Origin: Candidatus Parcubacteria bacterium
Lineage (GTDB): Bacteria; Patescibacteriota; Minisyncoccia; JAHIHE01; JAGLIN01
DNA length: 43,237 nucleotides
Direction: 5' to 3'
Assembly: GCA_023132875.1 (NCBI GenBank)
Contig: JAGLXN010000032.1
Location: 1-43,237 of the forward strand
Shown piece by piece: positions 1 through 8,412 of this stretch. Numbering within the stretch: position 1 is the first letter of the stretch; every line of letters begins with the position of its first letter. Both the position numbers and the translations under genes were made by a program. The notes under the pieces were generated by a model. It saw nothing but the letters and a program-made list of their open reading frames with translations. It searched no databases and was not told where the DNA came from.

Positions 1-260
1 ATTATCAAGTTTATCAAAAACCGCCCCCTCCTTACCTTTCTCCTAATTTCCAAAGACAATTTCTGTTTATAAAATCTTTTGTAAATAGAAATCTCCACGG
101 AAGATCCCGGGAGATAGAAAGGATTATCTTGTAAAAGGAAAATATCCTAAGATAATCCTCTCATAATTCTAATAATGAAATTAAAAAGCAAAAAGATATT
201 TTAATTTTATTTAATCTTGATAAAAAAGATTATTAGAAGCTTGAGGAGGCAGCAATAATA

Positions 261-401
261 ATGAGCGATGAACAAAAAAGCAAAGAAGATATAGGAAAAA
301 ATATAAAAGAACAGCCCACTGCAACAGAGACGTCGATTGCTATTTTTATAGATAAATCAAACGATGATCGTATCGAGGAAAGAAGTCATACATTAAGATA
401 A
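261..401 (+). CDS. small orphan protein (46 aa, MSDEQKSKED...SHTLR)
   Basis: Hand-translated ORF below the track cutoff; GAGGAGG Shine-Dalgarno at 243-249. Confidence 0.4.
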   Translation: MSDEQKSKEDIGKNIKEQPTATETSIAIFIDKSNDDRIEERSHTLR

Positions 402-624
402 TGTTTAATTTCTTTTCTTCATTTTTCAAACAAATCAATTTATATATACACCCAAAAAACTAAAAATGAACTTAGCCAATAAACCACAACAAAATATAAT
501 TATCAGCATTATTATTAGCCGCGGGGCTTTGTCCTGTAGGTTGGTTTGATATTTCAAATTTAATCTGCAGAACAAAGTCCCGAGTTTCAAAAACTCGGGA
601 TTTTTGTTGTTTGGAAAATATAAA

Positions 625-692
625 TGTCATGGTGAGCTTGTCGAATCATTATCCTTCAACAAGCAGAGCCTGTCCTGAATTTAGTTCAGGAA
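625..692. repeat. degenerate TGTCAT-family palindromic repeat with nested TCCTGAATTTAGTTCAGGA hairpin
   Basis: TGTCATGGTGAGCTTGTCGAA start resembles the copy at 25330; internal hairpin. Confidence 0.5.
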
Positions 693-753
693 TAGCATTT
701 GTTATCTGAAATAAAAATCAAAAGGTTTGTAAAAAAGCAAGGAGGAACAATTA

Positions 754-942
754 GTGCCAACTGGAATAGATGTAAGTCTGTCCGATATTGAATTTGTAAA
801 TGAACTTGCTGGAGAAATAGGAATAACACTAGAGAAGGAGGAGAGCCCCTTTGGTGTTGATATGATAACTGTTTATCCGTGCGGAAGCGAAGGAAAAAAA
901 CAAGAATTTTTCAATTCTTTTTGGAAAATAAAAAAATATTAG
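754..942 (+). CDS. hypothetical protein (62 aa)
   Basis: GTG start preceded by AAGGAGG; protein-like acidic composition; followed by a hairpin. Confidence 0.55.
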   Translation: MPTGIDVSLSDIEFVNELAGEIGITLEKEESPFGVDMITVYPCGSEGKKQEFFNSFWKIKKY

Positions 943-949
943 CCAAAAA

Positions 950-990
950 AAAAGCGGATTTTCAATTTTATTATTGAGATTCGCCTTTTA
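950..990. terminator. probable bidirectional intrinsic terminator
   Basis: A-tract, GCGGATTTTCAAT/ATTGAGATTCGC imperfect stem, T-tract; lies between convergent ORFs. Confidence 0.5.
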
Positions 991-1003
991 TTTTTGAATT
1001 TTT

Positions 1004-1273
1004 TCATTTAGTTTTTTTAGGTTCAATATAACTGAAATAACGAATTATAGATCCTTCTATTCTATCCGTTTCAGAACTTATTAACTCTGATTTAATAAGT
1101 TCCGCAAAGCAGCTTCTAATATCTACTATAGACTCCTTGAAATCTCTTTGCTCTCTTACCTCATTTTGCAATCTTTTGGACTCACAAGGACTGTTATCTT
1201 TTAAATATTCCAGTATTATTTTTTTTATCCCCTCCTTCATCTCAGATTCTTTTTTATTGGCTATTATAGCCAC
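1004..1273 (-). CDS. hypothetical protein, possibly winged-helix-like
   Basis: IILEYLKDNSP...LQNEV...FAELIKSELI pattern; GGAGG elements near the start; true start uncertain. Confidence 0.5.
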   Translation of the reverse strand: MAIIANKKESEMKEGIKKIILEYLKDNSPCESKRLQNEVREQRDFKESIVDIRSCFAELIKSELISSETDRIEGSIIRYFSYIEPKKTK

Positions 1274-1432
1274 CTCCTTATCTAAATATTATCAGAAAAT
1301 GAATTGCCCTGTCAATTTTACATATTTCTTCCAATTCCATTTTTTAAAACTCAAAATAATTGGGAAAATTTGGCTTAAGATGATATAATTTGGTCAGGAG
1401 ATAAATTCATACAATTTACCCGCATTAACTTT

Positions 1433-2020
1433 ATGGAATATTTAAAAGAAGCTAGGCAGTATTTATACGGCTTAAAGAAATATATCTTATTTTCTTCGTA
1501 TGTTTTTATTATTGCGGTTTTCTGCGGATATGTCATTGCGCAAAATTATCCGTCAGAAACACAAATGCTTATTGAAGAAATGAAATCAATGTTTCTGTTT
1601 GAAGAAGAAGTTACTTCTTTGCAGCTTTTTTTCTTTATTTTTGAAAATAACGTCAGCAAGCTTTTTGTAATATTACCGCTTGGGATCTTCGCGGGACTAA
1701 TTCCGCTTTTGTCTGTTTTTGCTAATGGACTAATTTTAGGTGTTTTTGCTCAAGTTGTGTCAGGAGAAATATCATGGATTTTTTTCTTTCTTGGAATCAT
1801 ACCTCATGGTATTATTGAGATTCCAGTTTTAATTATCTCTTCCGCAATTGGCATAAGAATTGGAAAAGTCGCAGTTTGGAGATTATTCAGCAGAAAAGAA
1901 AGTCTTAAAGAGGAATTCATAAAAGCTTTGAAATTTTTTGTTTTAATTCTTATCCCGTTATTGTTTGTTGCAGCATTGATCGAGGCTTTTCTGACAACTC
2001 TATTATTGGAGATGGTCTAA
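1433..2020 (+). CDS. SpoIIM-family (DUF95) integral membrane protein
   Basis: IFENN, NGLILG, IIPHGIIEIP and AALIEAF motifs; multiple TM helices. Confidence 0.85.
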   Translation: MEYLKEARQYLYGLKKYILFSSYVFIIAVFCGYVIAQNYPSETQMLIEEMKSMFLFEEEVTSLQLFFFIFENNVSKLFVILPLGIFAGLIPLLSVFANGLILGVFAQVVSGEISWIFFFLGIIPHGIIEIPVLIISSAIGIRIGKVAVWRLFSRKESLKEEFIKALKFFVLILIPLLFVAALIEAFLTTLLLEMV

Positions 2021-2049
2021 TTTATTTCATTTTATATTTGCAAATATTT

Positions 2050-2084
2050 TGTTTAAATGTTTAAATGCTTATATGTTAAAATGA
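2050..2084 (+). repeat. period-8 array (TGTTTAAA TGTTTAAA TGCTTATA TGTTAAAA TGA); putative extended -10 for tRNA-Ala
   Basis: Read directly; last TGnTAAAAT ends 6 nt before the tRNA 5' end. Confidence 0.6.
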
Positions 2085-2088
2085 TTCC

Positions 2089-2159
2089 GGGCTCATAGTA
2101 AAACGGTATTACACGGCATTCGCATTGCTGAGTTCTGGGTTCGATTCCCAGTGAGTCCA
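2089..2159 (+). tRNA. tRNA-Ala(CGC)
   Basis: Acceptor GGGCTCA/TGAGTCC with G3:U70, anticodon arm CGGCA-TTCGCAT-TGCTG, T-loop TTCGATT; no encoded CCA. Confidence 0.92.
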
Positions 2160-2160
2160 C

Positions 2161-2321
2161 AATTATATTCTTCACTCAAAATAGTGAGAGTTCTCAGCCC
2201 ATGGCTGACCCGCCACGGGCGGGGATTCTCGCCGGGTCCACCTTTACATTTTCATTATAATAATGAGGGTTCTCAGCCCATGGCTGACCCGCCACGGGCG
2301 GGGATTCCCAGTGAGTCCACA
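2161..2321 (+). repeat. two tandem ~80-bp units ending in tRNA 3' fragments with a 30-bp double-hairpin insert
   Basis: Identical 39-mer at 2190-2228 and 2269-2307; 2303-2321 equals tRNA end 2143-2161. Confidence 0.85.
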
Positions 2322-2428
2322 GAGTTTATTTTTTTCATAAAAAGAGTATAATAAATATAGCTTCTTTGGGTTGTAGTTTTTAGACAATAAAAATTAGGTA
2401 TTAAAGACACGAATGCAAAGCTCTTCTG

Positions 2429-2527
2429 GGTGACGGGCACCTCGAATATATTCAATAGGCTGAAAATTATGCTCTTTATTAAATATCTTGATATTAAAAG
2501 AACAAAATATAAGAGGTGCCCGTCACC
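2429..2527. repeat. 15-bp perfect inverted repeat pair (REPIN/MITE-like)
   Basis: GGTGACGGGCACCTC at 2429-2443 and GAGGTGCCCGTCACC at 2513-2527. Confidence 0.75.
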
Positions 2528-2605
2528 GTAGCGTATATTGAAATTCCGCACATTAAACTAAAATGTTCATACTTAAAGAATTTTATAACTTTTAATACTT
2601 TATCT

Positions 2606-3250
2606 ATGCCAGAAAAAAAACAAAGAGTAAAAAAAATTATAACTCTTTTAAGTAAAAAATATAAAAATCCCAAAACGGCTTTGAATTATAAAACTCCGCA
2701 TGAGCTTTTGGTCGCGACAATGCTTTCCGCACAATGCACAGACAAAAGGGTTAATGAAGTAACGAAAGATCTATTCAAAAAATATAAAAAGGTGAAAGAT
2801 TACGCGCAAGTTAGCGCTGAAGAATTTGAAAAAGATATAAGAACAACCGGATTTTTTAGAAACAAGGCAAAAAACATAGTTGAGTCTTCAAAAATAATAA
2901 TGGGAAAATTTCACTCAAAAATTCCAGATACTATGGAAAAATTGATTATGCTCCCAGGGGTCGCGAGAAAAACCGCTAATGTCGTCCTTTCGGAAGTATT
3001 TGGAAAAAATGATGGAATAGCAGTTGATACTCATGTCAGAAGGCTTTCGCAAAGACTTGGCTTATCTGAAAATTCAGATCCTGAAAAAATTGAAAAAGAT
3101 TTAATGGAAATTACAGATAAAAAAAACTGGAAGAAAGTTTCCAACCTTTTAATTTCACATGGCAGAACGATCTGCGCGGCTCGCAATCCAAAATGTAAAG
3201 CTTGTATTCTAAACAAAGATTGTCCATCGGCTTTTAGTTTTGAAAATTAA
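2606..3250 (+). CDS. nth: endonuclease III
   Basis: LSAQCTD, HhH LPGVARKTAN, AVDTHV, C-x6-C-x2-C-x5-C Fe-S motif; ATG 2606 preferred to the track start 2516, which lies in a repeat. Confidence 0.95.
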   Translation: MPEKKQRVKKIITLLSKKYKNPKTALNYKTPHELLVATMLSAQCTDKRVNEVTKDLFKKYKKVKDYAQVSAEEFEKDIRTTGFFRNKAKNIVESSKIIMGKFHSKIPDTMEKLIMLPGVARKTANVVLSEVFGKNDGIAVDTHVRRLSQRLGLSENSDPEKIEKDLMEITDKKNWKKVSNLLISHGRTICAARNPKCKACILNKDCPSAFSFEN

Positions 3251-3264
3251 CTTTTAATAAAAAA

Positions 3265-3801
3265 ATGCTTGAAACATATAGTCTAAACATTTTTAGATGC
3301 AAACTTTGTTCGGAAGTGATCTTTGCCGAACACAAATCATCTACTTGTCCTTTTTGCGGCGCGCATGACGATTATTTAGTCCGCGCTCAGGACTGGAAAG
3401 ACGAAAATGATATTAATAATCTTTCCAAAATTTCAAGAGAGAATCTTGAAAAAGCAATGGAATTAGAGCTTGAAAACGCAAAATTTTATAGATGCGCCAT
3501 GTCTTACGCGCAAGACGCGGAAAATAAATCAATTTTTCAAAATCTTGCAAAGATTGAAATGGAACATGCTTTCTTAATTTCAAAGGTCCTGAAAAAACCC
3601 AGATCAGACATAAGTATGCAGGATATTTGTTTTCGTCTTGATAATGAAAATGTAAAAAACTCGCTTGAACTTGAAGAAAAAACAAAAGAATTTTATGTGA
3701 AAGCTTATAACCAGGCAACGGAACCGCGAGTAAAAGAAATATTTTTCGGGTTGATAGAGGCAGAAGGAGATCATATAGAGTTGCTTAAGGAAAGAATGTA
3801 A
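3265..3801 (+). CDS. rubredoxin-like + ferritin-like (rubrerythrin-family) protein
   Basis: N-terminal CKLC...CPFCG; two ExxH motifs (EMEH, EGDH). Confidence 0.85.
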   Translation: MLETYSLNIFRCKLCSEVIFAEHKSSTCPFCGAHDDYLVRAQDWKDENDINNLSKISRENLEKAMELELENAKFYRCAMSYAQDAENKSIFQNLAKIEMEHAFLISKVLKKPRSDISMQDICFRLDNENVKNSLELEEKTKEFYVKAYNQATEPRVKEIFFGLIEAEGDHIELLKERM

Positions 3802-3858
3802 GATAAGGAGTTGGAATTGTAAATTTTAAAAAGAGCTTTTAGCTTTTTTTTTATATTT

Positions 3859-4033
3859 TTAGACTGTAGAAGAACACTTTTGTCATCTCGAAAGAGTGAT
3901 AACGACTAAGAGATCTATAAGCTAAACAAGTCTCACCTAAACCTTTCTTATTTCTGGCATAGTATAGTTCACAGATTTCTCACCCTATCGGGTTCGAAAT
4001 GACAGCTATAAAAAGTATTCTTCTATATTCTAA
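3859..4033. mobile_element. MITE-like element with TGTCAT...ATGACA core
   Basis: Imperfect terminal IRs TTAGAnTRTAGAAGAAYACTTTT; right part nearly identical to the reverse complement of 17176-17235. Confidence 0.7.
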
Positions 4034-4173
4034 TTTTATGTGAAGTTTTAAATTACGAAATGCTTAGAAATAAATTTTTATATAAAATACTGCCGTTAAA
4101 AAAGTTTAGACTTGTATTGCTCTTTATAAAAAACCTAAGAAGCTAAGAAGCTGCAATCTAAAAAGCTAGCTAG

Positions 4174-5631
4174 CTATTTCACCCAAAATTTCTTTTTATC
4201 TTTTAAATCTTCTTCTTCCTTTTTTTCTTTAATAATTTTTTCGCTTTTTTTAATTTCTTCTTCTGATAGTTTACTTAATTCTTCTACTCTCTTTTCAAGA
4301 TATTCTTTTGTATTTTTGTCTGGCTCTTCAATGACTTCAGATAAAAGAACTTTTAAGATTGCTCCGATTTTTGGACCTGGTTTTGTATTCAAAATTTTCA
4401 TAATATCCTGCCCATTCACTTTAAGCATCTTGGCTGATACGGGATCCTTGCTTACTTTTTCAATTAAATATTCAAGATGGCGCAATTTATACGGCTTTGC
4501 CTTAGGCACTCCGCTTCCAAGGCGATCAGCTATCCGAAGATCCATCAAGTCTTTCAGATTTTCTTTGCCAGTTCTCCTGATAAGCCTTCGAACGCCAGCT
4601 TCTGAAACTTCGTCAACATTATAATAAAACATGTGATTTTTAACAAGAAGCGACACTTTTTCAATCGTCTTATTTGAAAATTTTAGGCGAGTAAGTATTT
4701 TTCTCGCGAATTTTGCGCCTACAAGATCATGATTATAAAAAGTGCTATCAGGTCCAATCCCCGCTTTTGTCTGAGGTTTGGCGATATCATGAAAAAGCGC
4801 GGCCAAACGCACTTCAAGTTTTTTACTCGGACAGTGTTTTAAAGACAAAATCAAATGCTCGTAAATAGTATAGATATGATGGCGATTTTGGCTTACTCCA
4901 ATGCCCTTTTCAAGCTCAGGAACTATAAAACTTAATAATCCGGAAACGCGGAGAAATTCAATGCCTTCATACGCCCTGTCTGACAAAATTATTTTCTCAA
5001 ATTCGTCTCTAATTCTTTCTTGAGAAATAAATTTTAAAAGACTGTTGTTTTTTTGAATAGCCTTAAATGTATTTTTTTCAATTTCAAATCCAAGCTGCGA
5101 TGAAAAACGAATTGCCCGAAGCATTCTAAGAGCATCTTCGTTAAATCTCGCGCCAGGATCACCAACAGCTCTTATAATTTTACTCTTCAAATCCTCCCGC
5201 CCGCCGAATAAATCAATGATTTCATAATTCTTGATTCTTGATTCTTGATTCTTGATTCTTAATGCCATTGCATTCACTGTAAAATCCCGTCTTGCCAAAT
5301 CTTCTTCCAAGCTCGGTGTAAATTTGATCGCGTCCGGATGGCGCTTGTCGCTATAACCGACATCAATTCTATAAGTCGTGATTTCAACATTTTTTAAGCT
5401 TTCATCTTTCGCGTCTTTATTAATAACCGTAACCGTGCCGAATTTGTTATTATAAAAACTTTCCGGAAATACTTTCTGAATTTCCTCCGGTTTGGCATTT
5501 GTAGTTACATCCCAGTCTTTCGGCATTTTTTCAAGCAAAAAATCGCGCACAGGACCGCCCACAACATAAGCCTCAAATCCGCTTTTTTCAAGTTTTTCTA
5601 TAATAGATCGTATTTCTTTTGGTATATTCAT
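4174..5631 (-). CDS. cca: CCA tRNA nucleotidyltransferase with HD domain
   Basis: VGGPVRD, DWD, RRDFTVNAM, EDALRMLRA, ERIRDE, HDIAK motifs; CCA vs CC/A specificity not determinable here. Confidence 0.88.
   Translation of the reverse strand: MNIPKEIRSIIEKLEKSGFEAYVVGGPVRDFLLEKMPKDWDVTTNAKPEEIQKVFPESFYNNKFGTVTVINKDAKDESLKNVEITTYRIDVGYSDKRHPDAIKFTPSLEEDLARRDFTVNAMALRIKNQESRIKNYEIIDLFGGREDLKSKIIRAVGDPGARFNEDALRMLRAIRFSSQLGFEIEKNTFKAIQKNNSLLKFISQERIRDEFEKIILSDRAYEGIEFLRVSGLLSFIVPELEKGIGVSQNRHHIYTIYEHLILSLKHCPSKKLEVRLAALFHDIAKPQTKAGIGPDSTFYNHDLVGAKFARKILTRLKFSNKTIEKVSLLVKNHMFYYNVDEVSEAGVRRLIRRTGKENLKDLMDLRIADRLGSGVPKAKPYKLRHLEYLIEKVSKDPVSAKMLKVNGQDIMKILNTKPGPKIGAILKVLLSEVIEEPDKNTKEYLEKRVEELSKLSEEEIKKSEKIIKEKKEEEDLKDKKKFWVK
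5221..5262. repeat. in-frame heptamer array TTCATAA(TTCTTGA)4TTCTTAA inside cca
   Basis: Six 7-mers = 42 nt; peptide RIKNQESRIKNYE. Confidence 0.85.
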
Positions 5632-5787
5632 GATTCTAGTTTAACATAGATATAGCGTGTAACGCAAAACGTGTAACGTGTAACACAATTTTTTCTTTAT
5701 TAATTTTCTCTGAACCACAAAACAACACTCTTTGTCATTGACATTTCATAATTCATAATTCATAATTCATTTCTCTGAATACATAAG

Positions 5788-5817
5788 TTGACTTACTATA
5801 AAACATTCTGTTATATT
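5788..5817 (+). promoter_or_regulatory. sigma70-like promoter upstream of tRNA-Arg
   Basis: TTGACT-18 bp-TATATT with TG extension. Confidence 0.5.
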
Positions 5818-5851
5818 TAATAAGCAAAACAAACTTAGTATCATAATATCC

Positions 5852-5923
5852 GTCCTCGTAGTTCAACGGATAGAACAAGAGCCTCCTAAGCTCTAGATGC
5901 AGGTTCGATTCCTGCCGAGGACA
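5852..5923 (+). tRNA. tRNA-Arg(CCT)
   Basis: GTCCTCG/CGAGGAC acceptor, AGAGC-CTCCTAA-GCTCT anticodon arm, GCAGG-TTCGATT-CCTGC T arm. Confidence 0.95.
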
Positions 5924-5954
5924 CAGAATCATATTAAAATGTTAACATGATTAC

Positions 5955-6028
5955 GGGCCATTAGCTCAGTTGGCTAGAGCGCTTCCATGGCATGGAAGAG
6001 GTCAAGGGTTCAAGTCCCTTATGGTCCA
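5955..6028 (+). tRNA. tRNA-Ala(GGC)
   Basis: GGGCCAT/ATGGTCC with G3:U70, CTTCC-ATGGCAT-GGAAG anticodon arm, TTCAAGT T-loop. Confidence 0.95.
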
Positions 6029-6156
6029 CTAAAAATATAACCATTACTAACAAGGCAATATTTGTTATAATGAAAGCATTAATTTATGTTTGAATAATTT
6101 ATTTTTATAATGTGAAAAATATAAATAAATTTCAATAATTATTAACTTATTTTATT

Positions 6157-7116
6157 ATGCATATCAAAAAAGTCATTACAATCATAATTTTATTTTTTAT
6201 TTTCGCAGCCGTCTTAATATTTATGTTTAGAGATAAAATCTTTTCTAATGGCAGGATCGTAAATAACGAAACTAAACAGGAAGACTTATCTAAAAAAGAT
6301 CCTACACAAGATTATTTAATAGAAGTAAAAACGGATAAAACTATTTATAATCAAAATGAGCCTGTTAATATTTCCATAATGAATAAAGGTAAAAATGATG
6401 TTTGGCTCTTTTTTTTACCAAAACAATGCGAAAGAGAACTTTATTTTTCGGTTCAGAAATATGTTAAAGATGATTATTGGATGACGCTTTCAACGTGGTA
6501 TTCTTGCTTTTCTAGCGGAGTTGATTTTAATAGTATTGAAACAAAGAAAATAAATTCGCAAGAAGATATAGAAAGTTTTTGGGATAAGAAAATTCCTTTT
6601 GGCTATGATGAAGCTTATGCAGAATCAGGAATTTATAAAATTGTGCTCCACTACAGTAAAAATGAAATAACTGAAGATAATAGGGATGGGGAATCAAGTA
6701 TTCCGATAGATGTCTTCTCTAATGAATTTGAAATAAAACCATCTTCAGAAAATAGTTATGTTTCAGATCAACTTAAAATAGAACATGATATTATGAGAAA
6801 GTCTAGTTTGCGTCGTATAAAAAGCGCATTAGAAGCATATGCGAATAATAATGGCGGATATCCAATCAGTAACGAGATTTCTAAATTGAACAATGGCTCT
6901 TCTAAGATACGCAAAGAGCTTATGGGATATTTTGGATCAACAGATTTTCAAGATCCAAAATATCCTGAATTTTATTATGGCTATAAGTCGGATGGAACTT
7001 ATTTTGAACTTTCTGCCAGACTTGAAAATTTGAATGACGAAGAATGCGAGCTTGTAAAAAGCAATCTTTGTATTTATAAAATTGATTCAAAAGACGACAC
7101 AAGTAAAAGAGAATAA
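6157..7116 (+). CDS. membrane-anchored protein with Ig-like domain and C-terminal GspG/type IV pilin-like domain
   Basis: N-terminal TM; TDKTIY..NEPV; D..RKSSLRRIKSALEAY...GGYP...DP...YGY...FELSARLEN. Confidence 0.6.
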   Translation: MHIKKVITIIILFFIFAAVLIFMFRDKIFSNGRIVNNETKQEDLSKKDPTQDYLIEVKTDKTIYNQNEPVNISIMNKGKNDVWLFFLPKQCERELYFSVQKYVKDDYWMTLSTWYSCFSSGVDFNSIETKKINSQEDIESFWDKKIPFGYDEAYAESGIYKIVLHYSKNEITEDNRDGESSIPIDVFSNEFEIKPSSENSYVSDQLKIEHDIMRKSSLRRIKSALEAYANNNGGYPISNEISKLNNGSSKIRKELMGYFGSTDFQDPKYPEFYYGYKSDGTYFELSARLENLNDEECELVKSNLCIYKIDSKDDTSKRE

Positions 7117-7165
7117 AATAATAATAAACCAATCAATCTAAAATGCACGAAGTCTATCTCATTCT

Positions 7166-7203
7166 AAAACAAAAAAACCGTTTTTAAAAATGGTTTTTTG
7201 TTT
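7166..7203 (+). terminator. intrinsic terminator-like hairpin
   Basis: AAACAAAAAAACCGTTTTT/AAAAATGGTTTTTTGTTT after the 6157 ORF. Confidence 0.5.
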
Positions 7204-7210
7204 ATAATAC

Positions 7211-7290
7211 TGTCATGAGATTTAAATTTACAGACTAAAATCTGATCTCCAGATTTCTCTTTTGAAGTTCAGGTTTTAACCCGTATGACA
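7211..7290. repeat. degenerate TGTCAT...ATGACA element
   Basis: Same termini and internal AGATTTCTC as the copy at 3881-4004. Confidence 0.5.
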
Positions 7291-7379
7291 CCAAAACTTT
7301 ATTTGCCAATCAACTCTATTATATATACAATATAATAAAATGGGCATTAAAACAAATTTAATTTAAAAAGTATATTTTG

Positions 7380-7407
7380 CTGGTTCAGGCCAGAAACCTG
7401 AACCAAC
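7380..7407. repeat. REP-like palindrome CTGGTTCAGG-N-CCTGAACCAAC, copy 1
   Basis: Related copies at 7795-7823 and 37141-37169. Confidence 0.75.
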
Positions 7408-7450
7408 ACCAACGGTTTTAAATAAGAAGTTTATTTTTAAAATTCACATT

Positions 7451-7768
7451 ATGCTTCATTTAAAAGAACAACCAACGCTAAAAGATCTCCAAAAATATGT
7501 CAACGAGATGGAAAACGAACGTGGATTTACAGATGAGTCCATATTGCAAAAATGCCTTTTGCTTGGTGAGGAAATTGGCGAATTATTTAAAGCAATTCGC
7601 AAATCAGAGAACATAAAGGTTGATCGCAATTCTAAATTTAGTTCTGTAGACCACGAGTTATCTGATATATTAACCTATTTATGCGCAATTGCAAATCGTC
7701 TTGATATTGATTTAGAAAAAGCGTTTAGAGAAAAAGAGGAGTTGAATAAAAAGAGAGTTTGGGAATAA
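7451..7768 (+). CDS. MazG-like nucleotide pyrophosphohydrolase
   Basis: EEIGEL...ELSD acidic motif; DLEKAFREKE..NKKR.W. Confidence 0.85.
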   Translation: MLHLKEQPTLKDLQKYVNEMENERGFTDESILQKCLLLGEEIGELFKAIRKSENIKVDRNSKFSSVDHELSDILTYLCAIANRLDIDLEKAFREKEELNKKRVWE

Positions 7769-7794
7769 ATTTGTAACTCATTTCAGATTCCGTG

Positions 7795-7823
7795 CTGGTT
7801 CAGGTCTCCTGACTTAAACCAAC
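7795..7823. repeat. REP-like palindrome, copy 2
   Basis: CTGGTTCAGGTCTCCTGACTTAAACCAAC. Confidence 0.75.
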
Positions 7824-7925
7824 CACAATGGAGTGTTTTAAAACAGACAAAGTAATTAGTCAATAGACACAGACACTATCCTTCATCCAAAACAAAAAAC
7901 AAATTTTTAAAACCTAGAAAATAAA

Positions 7926-8315
7926 ATGAAAGTAAAATTACATCATTTTGCATATAATATCGCGCCAAACAGCTTGGAATTAGTTTTAGAACTTTTAGAA
8001 AAATTAGGATGCACGCTTGTTTACAGAGAAGAAAATGCGCGATGGTGTATGATACAACAAAAGCCAATTCCAATTAATATTCAAATGATTGAAACTAAAG
8101 ATAAACCGATTTCAATTGAAAAGAAAATTAATACTCATGTTGCCTTTTTATCAGATACTCCCAAAGAAGATATTGAAGAAATTAAACAATGGTCAGAAGA
8201 TAAGAGTATAAAATTTAGACAAGATGGCTGGTCTAATAAAGAATTATGGTTCGACTTACCCGATGTTTTCGTTAATTTTGTAATTGAAATAATACATACT
8301 TCAATAATTAAATAG
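7926..8315 (+). CDS. VOC/glyoxalase-like protein
   Basis: LHHFAY...HVAF...VIEI metal-ligand pattern. Confidence 0.65.
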   Translation: MKVKLHHFAYNIAPNSLELVLELLEKLGCTLVYREENARWCMIQQKPIPINIQMIETKDKPISIEKKINTHVAFLSDTPKEDIEEIKQWSEDKSIKFRQDGWSNKELWFDLPDVFVNFVIEIIHTSIIK

Positions 8316-8412
8316 TTTTCCGCAAAAACTGGTTTGTAGTCAAAACAAAAAACAAATTTTAATAATATAGCTTATCAAAAGATATTTAATAAAGAATAAA
8401 TATGACGATCAT

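Noticed and set aside
2190-2307. CRISPR array (39-bp repeat x2, 40-bp spacer)
   Set aside because: Only two repeats, no cas genes, the intervening segments are homologous to each other, and the repeats are explained as tRNA T-arms with an insert
2151-2605. ORFs 2151-2351 and 2273-2551, and the N-terminal extension of nth from 2516
   Set aside because: They translate tRNA fragments and palindromic repeats; nth homology starts at ATG 2606
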